A stretch of DNA of 64,000 nucleotides, from NCBI GenBank assembly GCA_934489895.1, contig CAKSST010000007.1, forward strand, positions 5,052 through 69,051, given 5' to 3'. The translations under genes were made by a program, and so were the position numbers. This DNA comes from an uncultured Eubacteriales bacterium. Lineage in GTDB: Bacteria > Bacillota > Clostridia > Oscillospirales > Acutalibacteraceae. The number at the start of each line of letters is the position of its first letter. The first letter of the stretch is position 1. This document shows, in pieces, positions 18,221-29,166 of this stretch. The notes below the pieces were generated by a model that was not told the DNA's origin, searched no databases, and saw only the letters and a list, made by a program, of their open reading frames with translations.

Positions 18221-19027
18221 ATGTTAATTTCGGTAATAGGCGGAGATAAGCGATTTTTATATGCTGCAAAAAGGCTGTCGGATCTCGGACATACGGTTTT
18301 GTTCGCTGCCACCGAAAAACCGAACAGCACAATTGAACAAGCACTTAAATCTCAGGCAATAGTATTGCCAATGCCAGTAAGTCGTGACCGTATCACCCTT
18401 AATGCGCCGTTATTTGATAAAAGCATCAGTCTTTGCGATATTTTATCACAGCTTGACGGAAAACAAATTCTGCTTGGCGGAATAACAAATATTGATTATC
18501 CTAACTATTATGATTATTACAATAACGAGGGCTTTTTATGTAAAAACTCTGCCGTAACAGCAGAGGGTGCAATACAAACGGCATTTAATAATACCGATTA
18601 CTCGCTTACAGGCAGCCGCGTACTTGTTGTAGGCTACGGCAAACTGGGCAAAGCATTATGTAAGCGTCTGCTCAGCTTTGAGTGCATGCTTACCGCAAGC
18701 GCCCGTAAGCACAGCGATTTTGAACAAATATGCCGTCTTGGCATTAACTGCGTAAATACGCTTGAGCTTGAGGAAATTATAAACGATTTTGACATTGTAT
18801 TCAACACAGTGCCTTATCCTGTTTTAGACAAACAGGTATTAAGAAACGCAAAACGCGACACATTATTTATTGAGCTTGCAAGCGCGCCATACGGTATTGA
18901 TTTAGAATATGCAAAAGAGCAGAATTTGTGCGTAAAGCTTGAAGCCTCTTTACCGTCACGCTGTGCGCCCAAAAGCGCAGGCGAATTTATTGCAGATACC
19001 GTAAATGACATTTTGCACGCAATATAG
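18221..19027 (+). CDS. dpaA: Dipicolinate synthase subunit A
   Basis: MLISVIGGDKRF and VLVVGYGKLGKAL (NAD-binding). Overall collinear with SpoVFA. Start at 18221 (RBS GAAAGG) preferred over 18182. Confidence 0.85.
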   Translation: MLISVIGGDKRFLYAAKRLSDLGHTVLFAATEKPNSTIEQALKSQAIVLPMPVSRDRITLNAPLFDKSISLCDILSQLDGKQILLGGITNIDYPNYYDYYNNEGFLCKNSAVTAEGAIQTAFNNTDYSLTGSRVLVVGYGKLGKALCKRLLSFECMLTASARKHSDFEQICRLGINCVNTLELEEIINDFDIVFNTVPYPVLDKQVLRNAKRDTLFIELASAPYGIDLEYAKEQNLCVKLEASLPSRCAPKSAGEFIADTVNDILHAI

Positions 19028-19064
19028 GGTATAACCCGTTACACTTAACAAAGGGGAAAACAAT

Positions 19065-19637
19065 ATGACTAATATAACAACGGGTTTTGCGCTTTGCGGC
19101 TCCTTCTGCACATTAAAACGCGCAATAGCCCAGCTTGAAATACTAAAGCAGAGCGGAATGGATATTATACCCATTATGTCCCCCGCCGTTTATAATACCG
19201 ATACACGTTTTGGTAAAGCGCAGGACTTTATTAATCAAGTGGAGCAAATTTGCAAAAATAAAATAATAAACACCATTGAAAAAGCAGAACCAATAGGCCC
19301 TAAAAAGCTGCTTGATATTATAATTGTGGCACCCTGTACAGGCAATACATTATCAAAGCTGGCGCTTGGAATTACCGACACCTGCGTTACTATGGCAGTA
19401 AAAGCGCACCTTAGAAACGGCCGTCCCGTGCTGCTTGCAGTTGCCACAAACGATGCGCTCAGCGGCTGTGCAAGAAACATAGGGCTGCTTTACAACACAA
19501 AAAACATTTATTTTACCCCCCTCTCACAAGACGACGCCGCTGGTAAACCCACATCGCTTGTTTGCGATTTTGAAAAAATTCCGCAAGCCGCCGCGCTGGC
19601 TTTAGCAGGCAAACAAATGCAGCCGATACTGTTATAG
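19065..19637 (+). CDS. dpaB: Dipicolinate synthase subunit B (flavoprotein)
   Basis: GFALCGSFCT, VAPCTGNTLSKLA, ATNDALS. Confidence 0.9.
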   Translation: MTNITTGFALCGSFCTLKRAIAQLEILKQSGMDIIPIMSPAVYNTDTRFGKAQDFINQVEQICKNKIINTIEKAEPIGPKKLLDIIIVAPCTGNTLSKLALGITDTCVTMAVKAHLRNGRPVLLAVATNDALSGCARNIGLLYNTKNIYFTPLSQDDAAGKPTSLVCDFEKIPQAAALALAGKQMQPILL

Positions 19638-19642
19638 ACTAA

Positions 19643-19687
19643 AAACACCATAGGCTAAAGATTTTTAGCCTATGGTGTTTTTATTTT
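19643..19687 (+). terminator. Intrinsic terminator after dpaB
   Basis: 17-bp stem aaacaccataggctaaa / tttagcctatggtgttt plus a T-run. Confidence 0.85.
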
Positions 19688-20104
19688 GAATATAAATTTA
19701 TTACCGTCAATCCTTTTTTACGGGCCATATTCATGTACCTGGGCGCACCAAAATCGGCATTATGCTCACAATAGCATACAATATAATCGCTTACGCTTAT
19801 CAATGGCGTATTTGAGCGGTGTATTTGTTAAAGCATCGGGAAAAATCGTATCAGAATAATCCGTACAATCAAAATCATCACTCTTTTTTGCAAGATATGC
19901 AAGCGCAACATAGTAATTTATATGCGGATAAAGCCTTTTCAGCCGTTTTAGCTCTGTGCGCACCATTGAATCAAAAAAGCCCTGATGCCCAACATAAAAC
20001 ATGGTAACTCCCTTATTTTCAATCAAGTCGGTTAAATCATCCGTTAATCTCGGCATTATTGCTCTGCCTGTATACCTATGTCCGAAAAATGTGCAAACCG
20101 ACAT
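19672..20104 (-). pseudogene. DUF1273 / SLOG-family (YpsA-like) gene, apparently frameshifted
   Basis: The N-terminal 112 aa (CTFFGHRY, FYVGHQGFFD) stop at 19766. A second frame continues in the overlap as ...SDYIVCYCEHNADFGAPRYMNMARKKGLTVINKF down to TAG 19672-19674, which is the expected C-terminal half of the family. Confidence 0.55.
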
Positions 20105-20192
20105 TATATCACCTCTGAAGCCTATGGGGGTTATATCCCCTTAATATTTAGTATTATAACCCCCATAATAATTTTGTCAAGGAGGGTTATGA

Positions 20193-20393
20193 ATGATAGT
20201 TTTTGATAAGCTTTGGACTACAATGAAAACCAAGGGCATTTCAACCTATACATTAAGAGAAAGCTGTGGAATAGATAGCAAAACTGTTCGTCGGTTAAAA
20301 GCAAATGAAAATATTGAAACAAAGACATTAGATAAACTATGTGCAGCATTAAACTGCCGAATTGAAGATATTGCAGAGTATATAAAAGACTAA
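20193..20393 (+). CDS. Small XRE/Cro-type helix-turn-helix protein
   Basis: 66 aa. ISTYTLRESCGIDSKTVRRLKANENIETKTLDKLCAALNCRIEDI is a typical short HTH_26/Cro-like layout. RBS GGAGGG. Terminator hairpin at 20392-20430. Confidence 0.75.
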   Translation: MIVFDKLWTTMKTKGISTYTLRESCGIDSKTVRRLKANENIETKTLDKLCAALNCRIEDIAEYIKD

Positions 20394-20522
20394 TAACGGA
20401 CTATCAAAAATGTTAGTCCGTTATTTTAATTTTTCCGTGCGCAAAGCGCACACATTAATTCTGCATTCTTCATTCTGCACTCTGCATTAAAAAACGGGGT
20501 TCAATGAAATGAACCCCGTTTT

Positions 20523-23500
20523 TTATAATTTTATCGCTTTTTTAAGCACAAAGGAATAAATAATACATTCCTTAACCGGCATATTAAAGGTTTTCTGACA
20601 AGCCTGTGCGTACAGCTCAAGCTGCTTTTTATATGCTTGTATTATTTGGCATTCGCCACTAACCCTGTCGGTTTTAAAATCAAGTATCACAAGGCCGCCG
20701 TCCTCTTCAAAAACACAGTCAGCAACGCCCTGCAAGACTGTGGCATCCGTAGTTTCGACACCGTCGGGATACACCTTGGTCAAAAACCTTATTTCACGGT
20801 AAAAATTTTTGGCATTGCATATACGCTTATACAAAGCCGAGCCAAAAAATGCGTTTATCGCAGACATATCTACCGCAGCCGCCTGCTGTTCGGTTATAAA
20901 CTGATACTCCACAAGTCGTTCAAGCTCTGCGTCGGCATCCTTCTGCGCTTTTTGCAAATCGCAAAACTGCATAAACATATGGGTTGCGACGCCCCTTTGC
21001 GCAGGGGTAAGCTGATTTTTGGATAAAAACGCAGGCTTTGTTGTAAAGCTGTATTCAGTCTGATTGCTTTGGTGCGCAAGTTCTGACACCGATATTTTTG
21101 CGGGTATCATAGTTTCTTTTGCAAAAGGATATTCAAACGCAAAATTTTGTTCAAGCTGCATAACGGCTGTATTAACATCATTTTCATCAGGCTTTGTCTG
21201 CATATTAATGTTCTTTGCTTCTGCCGAAGGGATTTCGGTATGTACACGGTATTCAACATTATCAATAATTTCCGCACCGCCAAAGGCAATATTTTCAAGC
21301 CTGTCAATTGCGTTTTCATTATCAGCCGCCAATGACTGCAATATCAAATCCATATAGCAAGCCGCGCGCTTTGCATCGGGCTTGCCGCTGTTATTGTTAA
21401 CCGTAGTTTTTATCTCTTTTAATTTTTCGGAAATATCGTTATAGCCGCCGAAAATTGCCAATTTTTTCTTTGCCCTTGTCATAAACACATACATAAGGCG
21501 CAATTCTTCGGCAATATTATCGTCTCTGTTTTTAATATCAATTGCAGCCTTGGCAGGAGATAATATTTTTTGCGACAAAGTTTGTCCTACGGCATCACAT
21601 GCAATACCCAGCGTACTTTTTACACTGAAGCCGTTTGCGCGCTTAACCTCAAAAGATCTTGTTGCACCCGCTATTATGCACACGGGAAATTCAAGCCCTT
21701 TTGAGCTGTGCATAGTAGTGATTTTAACCACATCAGCATTTTCAGGCGGTGACTGCTGTGAGTTTTGACTCTGCTCAACCTTATCGACAAATCCAGATAT
21801 ACTGCCATCATTATTCTTAATGTATTCTGCCGCCATACTTTGCAAGGCCGCAAGATTTTTAATACGCACAGCGCCGTCCGGCATAGCTCTTACAATATCC
21901 TCAAGCCCCGATGTATCAAACAGCGCAGCCATAAAATCAGACAGCTTGTTTACAAGGGAAAGTCGGCGGTACTCTTTAATGCTATCACACAACCGGGCGC
22001 AATCGCTCTCACCGTTTTGCGCAGCAAGAATTGCGCTTGCCCATATGCTCGGTGCGGGATAGCTGTGACGCAACACAGCAAGACGGTTTGCGTCAAAGCC
22101 ATACAATGCCGACACCATTACCGCAAGCAGTCGGTCATCTCTTGTGGGATTATCAATTACAGACAGCAAGCAAAGCACAAGCTGCACTTCGCGCTTTTGC
22201 AAAAATTCTCCCCTATTACAATACGCAGGCACTCCGTATTTTTGTAAGGTGTCCGCATAAATACTCATACGCTTGTTGCTGCGCATAAGAATTGTAAAAT
22301 CCGCATAGCCCATATTGCCATCATGCTGAGCAATTATACCTTTTATATAATCGGCAATCAACACCGCCTCATTTTCCGCAGCCTTGTCGGCATTAACACC
22401 TTTTATAAGGTGCATATTGATATACACTGCTTTGTCTTCATTTTTATCAAAAGGTTCAAGTTTTTGTTCTTTATATTCAATTTTGCTGGTTTGCGCAGTC
22501 ATAAGGTCATTGAACACCTTGTTTATAAATACGCAAATATTTTTATGACTTCTGAAATTATCAAGGAGAGATATTTTAAAAAGCTTTCCCTCTTCCATCT
22601 TGTTTGTGAAATTTACAGGGTTTGTCCCGCGGAATTCGTAAATACTCTGCTTGGCATCACCAACAACAAAAAGCTTTTCGCCGTCGTTAGATAAAACCTG
22701 AACCAAGGCATCCTGTAAATTATTGGTATCCTGATACTCATCAACAATTATTTCATCAAAGCCGTCGGCAATCTCATAGCCCCTGTCTGTTGTTGTAATT
22801 CCCTGCTCAGTATTTTCGCAAAGCAATTGCAGTGCAAGCTGTTCGGTCTGCGCAAATGTAAGCGAATTTGCTTGTGTCATAAGCTCAAAAAAGCGTTTAT
22901 CAAACCGCAGCACAATGTCTATAAGCATCCTTGAAATATCCGCCGTAAACTTATAACGTTCATCAACCGTCAATTCTGTGCTGTCATACCATTCAGATAT
23001 TTTATTGAGCAAGCAGTTATATTCCTTTACAGCATTTGTGTTGGCTTTTGCTGCGGCGGAACGTTTTTGATCATAAAAAAACGTCTTTTTTATCTTAAGC
23101 TCTTCACACAACGCCCTGCTGTTATTGCCCGCACAAAGCGCATCTAAACGCTTTACTTCTTCAAGCAGGTTTTCAAGGTTCTCTTTATAATCTTTATTTT
23201 GGGAATCATCTATGTCCTCAGCATATAACGCGTCACGGACAATGTTTTTTATTCTTGCAAACTCTCTTCGTGCTTCGCAGAGCACCGTTTCATCCCAAAC
23301 GGTACCCGCAAAGGTTTTGTGCCGGGCATAATAATTGTCCCAATTTTTAAGCCAGTCAACATAAAAAGGCATATTTATGGCGTAATTATATATTCTTTTA
23401 ATATATTCTTTTAATCTGTCGTCCCCGTAATTATCACCCGTAGACTGCAGCAACACCCTAAACTCAGGTGTATCTTCATCATACAGCGGCTCCAAAGTTT

Positions 23501-23918
23501 CACTTAAAGCCTGATTTTGCAGACCTTCAACGCTGCTCGGGTCAACAATTGCAAAATCGGGCATTATGCCTAAAGCATCAAAATTTTCCCGCACAAGGTC
23601 AATACAAAAAGAGTCTACCGTGCATATTTTCGCCGAAGCAAGACGCTGCTTTTGCATGGCAATAAGCTTACTGCTTGGGTTTTCCGACTGTGCATGTGCC
23701 AGACTTTTTTCTATTCTCTCACGCATTTCAGCAGCCGCCGCATTTGTAAAGGTAACAATAAGCAGCCGGTCAATAGGCACGCCCTTGTTTAAAATTTTAT
23801 TCATTACACGTTGCACTAAAACAGAGGTTTTGCCGCTTCCCGCAGAAGCGGTTACAAGCACGCCGCCGTCAGCTGTAATTGCCGCTTGTTGATTTTTTGT
23901 AAAATCTTCAAATTTCAT
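20523..23918 (-). CDS. addA: ATP-dependent helicase/nuclease AddA
   Basis: UvrD-type helicase motifs (ASAGSGKTSVLVQR, VDEYQDTN, TMHSSKGLEF). C-terminal RecB-type nuclease (GVADCVFEEDGGLVILDFKTD). Start at MKFEDF overlaps the addB 3' end. Confidence 0.9.
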   Translation of the reverse strand: MKFEDFTKNQQAAITADGGVLVTASAGSGKTSVLVQRVMNKILNKGVPIDRLLIVTFTNAAAAEMRERIEKSLAHAQSENPSSKLIAMQKQRLASAKICTVDSFCIDLVRENFDALGIMPDFAIVDPSSVEGLQNQALSETLEPLYDEDTPEFRVLLQSTGDNYGDDRLKEYIKRIYNYAINMPFYVDWLKNWDNYYARHKTFAGTVWDETVLCEARREFARIKNIVRDALYAEDIDDSQNKDYKENLENLLEEVKRLDALCAGNNSRALCEELKIKKTFFYDQKRSAAAKANTNAVKEYNCLLNKISEWYDSTELTVDERYKFTADISRMLIDIVLRFDKRFFELMTQANSLTFAQTEQLALQLLCENTEQGITTTDRGYEIADGFDEIIVDEYQDTNNLQDALVQVLSNDGEKLFVVGDAKQSIYEFRGTNPVNFTNKMEEGKLFKISLLDNFRSHKNICVFINKVFNDLMTAQTSKIEYKEQKLEPFDKNEDKAVYINMHLIKGVNADKAAENEAVLIADYIKGIIAQHDGNMGYADFTILMRSNKRMSIYADTLQKYGVPAYCNRGEFLQKREVQLVLCLLSVIDNPTRDDRLLAVMVSALYGFDANRLAVLRHSYPAPSIWASAILAAQNGESDCARLCDSIKEYRRLSLVNKLSDFMAALFDTSGLEDIVRAMPDGAVRIKNLAALQSMAAEYIKNNDGSISGFVDKVEQSQNSQQSPPENADVVKITTMHSSKGLEFPVCIIAGATRSFEVKRANGFSVKSTLGIACDAVGQTLSQKILSPAKAAIDIKNRDDNIAEELRLMYVFMTRAKKKLAIFGGYNDISEKLKEIKTTVNNNSGKPDAKRAACYMDLILQSLAADNENAIDRLENIAFGGAEIIDNVEYRVHTEIPSAEAKNINMQTKPDENDVNTAVMQLEQNFAFEYPFAKETMIPAKISVSELAHQSNQTEYSFTTKPAFLSKNQLTPAQRGVATHMFMQFCDLQKAQKDADAELERLVEYQFITEQQAAAVDMSAINAFFGSALYKRICNAKNFYREIRFLTKVYPDGVETTDATVLQGVADCVFEEDGGLVILDFKTDRVSGECQIIQAYKKQLELYAQACQKTFNMPVKECIIYSFVLKKAIKL

Positions 23919-26900
23919 TGCTGCCCAGCTCCTCTCCCAACGTTTGTATAACCTTACCTGCCGAAGCACTCACATTATTCTCGTGAGGAGCAGTTTCAAT
24001 ACCGCATACCGCTTTAAAATTGCAGTATTCGCAGGCATCCTCTCCCGCACAGTCAGTAGGCGATACCGCAATATCACCGCAAGCCAATCTGTGGGCTATT
24101 TCTTCCATAACCTTATCAATTTTTTTGAAAACAAGATTAAAATCTTCTTCCTTTATATACGTTCTGGCACTTGAATTTTTATCAAGTGCGCCGCTCGCCG
24201 TATATTTTAATTTGGGTACAAACTGCCCTGCATTTTCTCTTTCCATCTGTCTTACAAGCTCTTCGTTCTCACAAAGTAAGCCGTTCATTGTAAGACTGTT
24301 ATCTTCATTTTTACTGCGTTGTGCGGTCATATACAAAATACCCGCAGGCGCATAATTACCGTATTTATCGCTTTTAAGCAGGGTATATAAATACAAAAGC
24401 ATCTGCATATTTTGTCCAACAAGCACATCGCTTAATCTGAACTTTTTGCTGCCTGTTTTGTAATCAACAATTCTTAAATATCCGCCCCACGCATCTACCC
24501 TGTCAATCTTGCCGCGCGCAAGCAAAGTAATGCCGTCGCAAGAAAACTCAAGCGGTTTAATATCCCCGCATTTATCAATCACAAGCTCACATTTTATAGG
24601 CACAAAGCCGCTTTGAGCAAGCTCGTCCCGCAGGCGCAGAGCAACCTCTGTTATCTGCAGCTGTATAAGATAAAACAAATATCTCATACGTGCGTCCATT
24701 ACATCGTTTAAGCCTTTTATTGATGCGATATACTCATCACAAATCGCCTTTATCTGCGCACTAATAAAACCGTCATCTGCCTGCCGCAACATATTGCCAT
24801 GGCGTTCAACCAGCATTTGAAGCGCAAAATGCACCATTGTGCCCCTTTGAAGAACATTAAGGTTTGCCTTTTCAATAATCTTTGTTTTGAGTATGTATTT
24901 ACAAAAATATGAAAATCTGCATTTACAGAAGGTTTCTGTCGCAGTGGGTGACATACTTATTGTTTTTGGCAATATCTCTTCTACGGTTTTGGGGCTTAAA
25001 GCGGTATCAACAGCCTTGTTTGCCCTTTTAAGCGCTTTCAGTCTTCCCGACCATTCTTTATCCTGCTCAAATATTTCGGTCAGAGCCGTTGACAGCACAT
25101 TGCTGCCATCAACGCTTCCCGCCAGAACTGAGAAAGCTGCTTTTTTTGTTTCTATATCTTCAATATCAATGCTTTCTTTTGGCCATTTTTCTTTTTTACA
25201 GGACGGCAGCGTTTCACATATTGCCGTAAGCACATAAGAGCAGGGTGTTAAATCCTTGCCCGACGCAGCATGGTAAACCGCATATAAATATTCTGACGGA
25301 GCGCAAAGGCTTGTATAGCACAAAAAATTTTCATCTGCGGCAAACTGCTGCGCCATATTTGCAACCTTAACACCGTTTTGGGTTAATATATCTCTATCCT
25401 TTGCCGACAGCAGATTGCCCTGCGGCATACTCTGCGGCCACTCACCGCCGTTAAGGCCCAATGCAATTACCGCTTTGGGGCGGTGCGTACGTATGCGGTC
25501 TGCCGAGCCAAAAAGCACCTGGTCCAGTGTCTGAGGCACACTGCCCATATCGGTTCCTTGCGCCGCCAGCTTAAAGGCTGAAATAAATTCTTTTTTATCT
25601 GCATTCGCATCAAGACAGCGGACAATATGGTCAAGCACATCACAAAACACATCAAAGCTGCGCCTCGTTAAATCCGCTTCTTTAAATTTGCCGTCTTTTT
25701 CAAAACTTTGTGCTAAACCAGCAAGCTTTTTAGCGGTATCGCAGGCAGTTAATAATTTCCAAAGCGCCGTGGCTTCTGATACGGTATCCTGATGATTCAT
25801 TGCTTTACGCAAATTTAATATTGGCTCAATGGCCACTTTACGCATAGCATTAAGCTCTTCTAACTCTTTTGCGGTATTTTCCTGCTCACAGTTATCGCTC
25901 TGACGCAAACCCTCGGGATCCATTGTCCACTCTTTTGTCCAATCCTTACCTTTTAAATCCCATATATAAGCATAATTTTCAAGACGGGCAACCTGCTCAT
26001 ATTCAACGGCGCATAAGCCTGTCTTTAAATATTTTAAAATTCCGTCGGTTGTCAGGGAAATTGTTGCATCAAGAGCGGCTTGTACAAACACAAACAAGGG
26101 CAAGCTTGAAGCAGATACCTTTATATCCACAAAACAGGCAACATTGTACTTTGACGCCGCTTTTACAATATAACGCTCATACACAGAAGCATCTCTTGCA
26201 ATAATTGCAAAATCTTTATAGCGCATACCTTTTTGCCTTACCATTTTACGCACGGTATACATGGCATAATCAGCCTCATCCTCAGGCGTTGCGGCTGAGC
26301 ATACGGTTACATTTTCGGCAATTGAGTCAAATACTTCTCCGGCTGCAAAAAGACCTTTTTCCAAAGCTTTAAGTTCTTCGCATTTATAATAGCTTTTATC
26401 AAGTACAACCGGCTTTATTATCTCAACATTTACCTGTCTTGCATATTTTTCTATTTTTTGTCTTGTATCAATTGCAGTGTCAAAGGTGCCGTCTTTTTGT
26501 GTGGTATCATCACAGCACAGCGTTATAATAACGTGACTTGCCTGCTCAATAATTCTGCTTATTATTTTAAACTGCTGCCCCGTAAAGCCTTTAAAGCCGT
26601 CAATATACACCTTTTTGTTTTCAAAATAACGGGTTGTAAGCAGCATATCATACAGCCTGTCAAGCGTGTCACGGGGGTCGATAAATTTTTGCGCCACTTC
26701 CATATTGTAGCTGTCCATTATAAGCGCCAGGTCTTCAAGCTTGGCTTTCAGTCTGCCGCTTATCTGCAAGGAAGCTTTATATAGCTGTTTGGAACTTACT
26801 GCGGCAGTTTTAAGCTCTGCCACAGTGGATGCGCATACTGCCGCAAAATTCTGGCTTTGTGCAAAACGGTCAAAGCATTTCAAAGCGCCCTTTTCCTTTT

Positions 26901-27192
26901 GAAGCGCTTTGCCCATTAAGACAATACTGTCGCTTTCGCTCATACGGGTTCCTGCAATGGTGCCGCATATTCTGCCCACCTCTTCAAAAAGGCGTGTAAA
27001 ACTAAGCACCGCCGCCTTTGCCGAGCCGGTCTCCGAAAAACGTTCAAGCAGCATGCGCTCTGCCTCAAAGGAAAACTGCTCAGGCACCAATAAAACAGCT
27101 TTACAGTTTTCTTGCAGAGTATCCTCACCCAAAAGCTCCAATACCTTTTCTGTTTTTCCGCTACAAGCTCTGCCTAAAATAAATTGCAGCAT
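23908..27192 (-). CDS. addB: ATP-dependent helicase/nuclease AddB
   Basis: GRACSGKT Walker A, nuclease motif GKIDRVD...IVDYKTG, and Fe-S cysteines (CKCRFSYFC ... CEYCNFKAVC). Confidence 0.9.
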   Translation of the reverse strand: MLQFILGRACSGKTEKVLELLGEDTLQENCKAVLLVPEQFSFEAERMLLERFSETGSAKAAVLSFTRLFEEVGRICGTIAGTRMSESDSIVLMGKALQKEKGALKCFDRFAQSQNFAAVCASTVAELKTAAVSSKQLYKASLQISGRLKAKLEDLALIMDSYNMEVAQKFIDPRDTLDRLYDMLLTTRYFENKKVYIDGFKGFTGQQFKIISRIIEQASHVIITLCCDDTTQKDGTFDTAIDTRQKIEKYARQVNVEIIKPVVLDKSYYKCEELKALEKGLFAAGEVFDSIAENVTVCSAATPEDEADYAMYTVRKMVRQKGMRYKDFAIIARDASVYERYIVKAASKYNVACFVDIKVSASSLPLFVFVQAALDATISLTTDGILKYLKTGLCAVEYEQVARLENYAYIWDLKGKDWTKEWTMDPEGLRQSDNCEQENTAKELEELNAMRKVAIEPILNLRKAMNHQDTVSEATALWKLLTACDTAKKLAGLAQSFEKDGKFKEADLTRRSFDVFCDVLDHIVRCLDANADKKEFISAFKLAAQGTDMGSVPQTLDQVLFGSADRIRTHRPKAVIALGLNGGEWPQSMPQGNLLSAKDRDILTQNGVKVANMAQQFAADENFLCYTSLCAPSEYLYAVYHAASGKDLTPCSYVLTAICETLPSCKKEKWPKESIDIEDIETKKAAFSVLAGSVDGSNVLSTALTEIFEQDKEWSGRLKALKRANKAVDTALSPKTVEEILPKTISMSPTATETFCKCRFSYFCKYILKTKIIEKANLNVLQRGTMVHFALQMLVERHGNMLRQADDGFISAQIKAICDEYIASIKGLNDVMDARMRYLFYLIQLQITEVALRLRDELAQSGFVPIKCELVIDKCGDIKPLEFSCDGITLLARGKIDRVDAWGGYLRIVDYKTGSKKFRLSDVLVGQNMQMLLYLYTLLKSDKYGNYAPAGILYMTAQRSKNEDNSLTMNGLLCENEELVRQMERENAGQFVPKLKYTASGALDKNSSARTYIKEEDFNLVFKKIDKVMEEIAHRLACGDIAVSPTDCAGEDACEYCNFKAVCGIETAPHENNVSASAGKVIQTLGEELGSNEI

Positions 27193-27267
27193 TTTATCAC
27201 CCTAAAACGAAAAAATCCTGTAGCCTTATTCGGCAACAGGATAATTATAACATATATTTATATATAT

Positions 27268-27537
27268 CTAAAGTATTATTTTATTTAGCCATAAAAGAGA
27301 TATTACACCGGGTATCCCAAAAGCTGCACTAGAGCCTACCGTCCACATATTAAGCGGAATAAAAACCCCTGTAAAAACGCTTGTTATATCAACCAAAGTG
27401 AGCGCCGCTATTCCCGAAAACGCGCCGCTTGCTATAGTTTTCAATGTTTTTTGCGTTTTAACTGCAATAACAAGCAACACAAAAAAATATACGGCAAAAG
27501 CAATTATTGCCAAGGCATAAAAAATATCCACGCACAT
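27268..27537 (-). CDS. bofA: Pro-sigma-K processing inhibitor BofA
   Basis: 89 aa, 2 TM. FTGVFIPLNMWTVGSSAAFGIPGVISLLWL matches the BofA signature region. Confidence 0.8.
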   Translation of the reverse strand: MCVDIFYALAIIAFAVYFFVLLVIAVKTQKTLKTIASGAFSGIAALTLVDITSVFTGVFIPLNMWTVGSSAAFGIPGVISLLWLNKIIL

Positions 27538-27586
27538 AACATCCTTTCAAGGAATATTATGCGCGCGGACTATTATTTATTCTGTT

Positions 27587-29071
27587 TTATTTATTGTTTG
27601 CATTAAAAGCATTAACGGCATTTTCATAGTTTGCCTGCCATACATCAGAATCGCAAGGCTTATATTCTTTTATTTCGGTGCCGTCAACAACAAGTTTTTT
27701 GCCCTGGGCATAGTCTTTAATAAGACCGTTTGCTTTCATAAGAACCAAAACATTACCTGTAACGGTTGCTTCAACGGGGCCTGCCTTTATGGGAACACCG
27801 CAAGCAGCCGCAGTCATACTGCAAAGCAGCTGATCCTTTATTCCGCCGCCTATCATATGAATACAATCATATTTTTTGCCTGAAATTTTCTGCAAATGTT
27901 CAAATGTCAGCTTATATTTCATTGCAAGGCTCTGGTAAATGCAGCGCAGTATTTCACCCATATCCTTGGGAACATATTGCCCTGTCTGAGAGCAGTATTT
28001 CTGTACGCGTTTAGGCATATTACCGGGCAATGAGAACATCGGGTCATCGGGATTTACAAAGCACTTAAAGGGCTCGGCTGCCTTTGCGGCATTTTCCATA
28101 TCGTCAAAGGAAACATTAAGTCCCTGACGCTTCCACTCCTGACGCGACTGCTGAATAAGCCAAAGGCCCATAATGTTTTTAAGGTAACGGATTTTTCCGT
28201 CATAAGCGCCCTCATTTGTAAAGCCTATCTCTGCAGACTGTTCATCAAGCACAGGCTTATCAAGCACAGTACCAAACAGTGACCAGGTGCCGCAGCTGAT
28301 ATAAATATAATCATCATTAAATGTGGGTGTTGCCGCAACAGCAGAAGCTGTATCGTGCGTTGCAACCGCAAATACAGGAACAGGGTTGCAATGCAGCTCT
28401 TCGCAAATTTCTGCAGATAACTCACCATAGCTTTCGGCGGGATTTATCATCTCGGGTAATATGCTCTCGGGAATTTTAAGCATTGAGAGCAGCTCGCTGT
28501 CGGGCTTGCGTGTCTTGGGATTAATAAAGCCTGATGTTGAAGCAATGGTATGCTCCATACGCTTTTTACCTGTAAGGAAATATGCAAAAAGGTCAGGCAT
28601 AAACAGCATTTTATCTGTGCGTGCAAGCAACTCGGGCTCATATTTTGCAAGATAATAAAGCTGATATACAGTATTGAATGCCATTCTCTGCAAGCCGTTA
28701 CGGGCATAAAGGTCTTTTTTAGAAATAATTTTATCAACCTCTGCAGGCATAGGCTCGTTACGCAGGTCGCGGTAGTTTACGGGGTTAGCAAGTAAATTAC
28801 CCTTTTCGTCTATAAGACCAAAGTCAACACCCCAGGTATCAATACCTATGCAGTCAAAGCCGTATCCCGAATTAACAGCGGCGGTTATACCCTGCTTGAT
28901 TTCATGAAAAAGTCTGAGAACGTCCCAATAAAGACAACCTCTTACCATTACGGGATCATTGGAAAATCTGTGGATTTCCTCCATAAAAATTTTGCCGTCT
29001 TTTACACCTGCTATCATCGCTCGTCCGCTTGACGCGCCAAAGTCAAAAGCAAGTACATTTCCGCTTTTCAT
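27587..29071 (-). CDS. rhaB: Rhamnulokinase (FGGY carbohydrate kinase)
   Basis: LAFDFGASSGRAMIA, IHRFSN, IGIDTWGVDFGLID and NTVYQLYYL are collinear with E. coli RhaB. No other rha genes are adjacent. Confidence 0.8.
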   Translation of the reverse strand: MKSGNVLAFDFGASSGRAMIAGVKDGKIFMEEIHRFSNDPVMVRGCLYWDVLRLFHEIKQGITAAVNSGYGFDCIGIDTWGVDFGLIDEKGNLLANPVNYRDLRNEPMPAEVDKIISKKDLYARNGLQRMAFNTVYQLYYLAKYEPELLARTDKMLFMPDLFAYFLTGKKRMEHTIASTSGFINPKTRKPDSELLSMLKIPESILPEMINPAESYGELSAEICEELHCNPVPVFAVATHDTASAVAATPTFNDDYIYISCGTWSLFGTVLDKPVLDEQSAEIGFTNEGAYDGKIRYLKNIMGLWLIQQSRQEWKRQGLNVSFDDMENAAKAAEPFKCFVNPDDPMFSLPGNMPKRVQKYCSQTGQYVPKDMGEILRCIYQSLAMKYKLTFEHLQKISGKKYDCIHMIGGGIKDQLLCSMTAAACGVPIKAGPVEATVTGNVLVLMKANGLIKDYAQGKKLVVDGTEIKEYKPCDSDVWQANYENAVNAFNANNK

Positions 29072-29166
29072 AAATATTCTTTCCTTTCTTTTGTTAATTA
29101 TTTTAAATGTATAATTTGCATAAATTGCGTAAAAAATACTTTTGAAAAAGTAAAGGAGTTGAAAAA

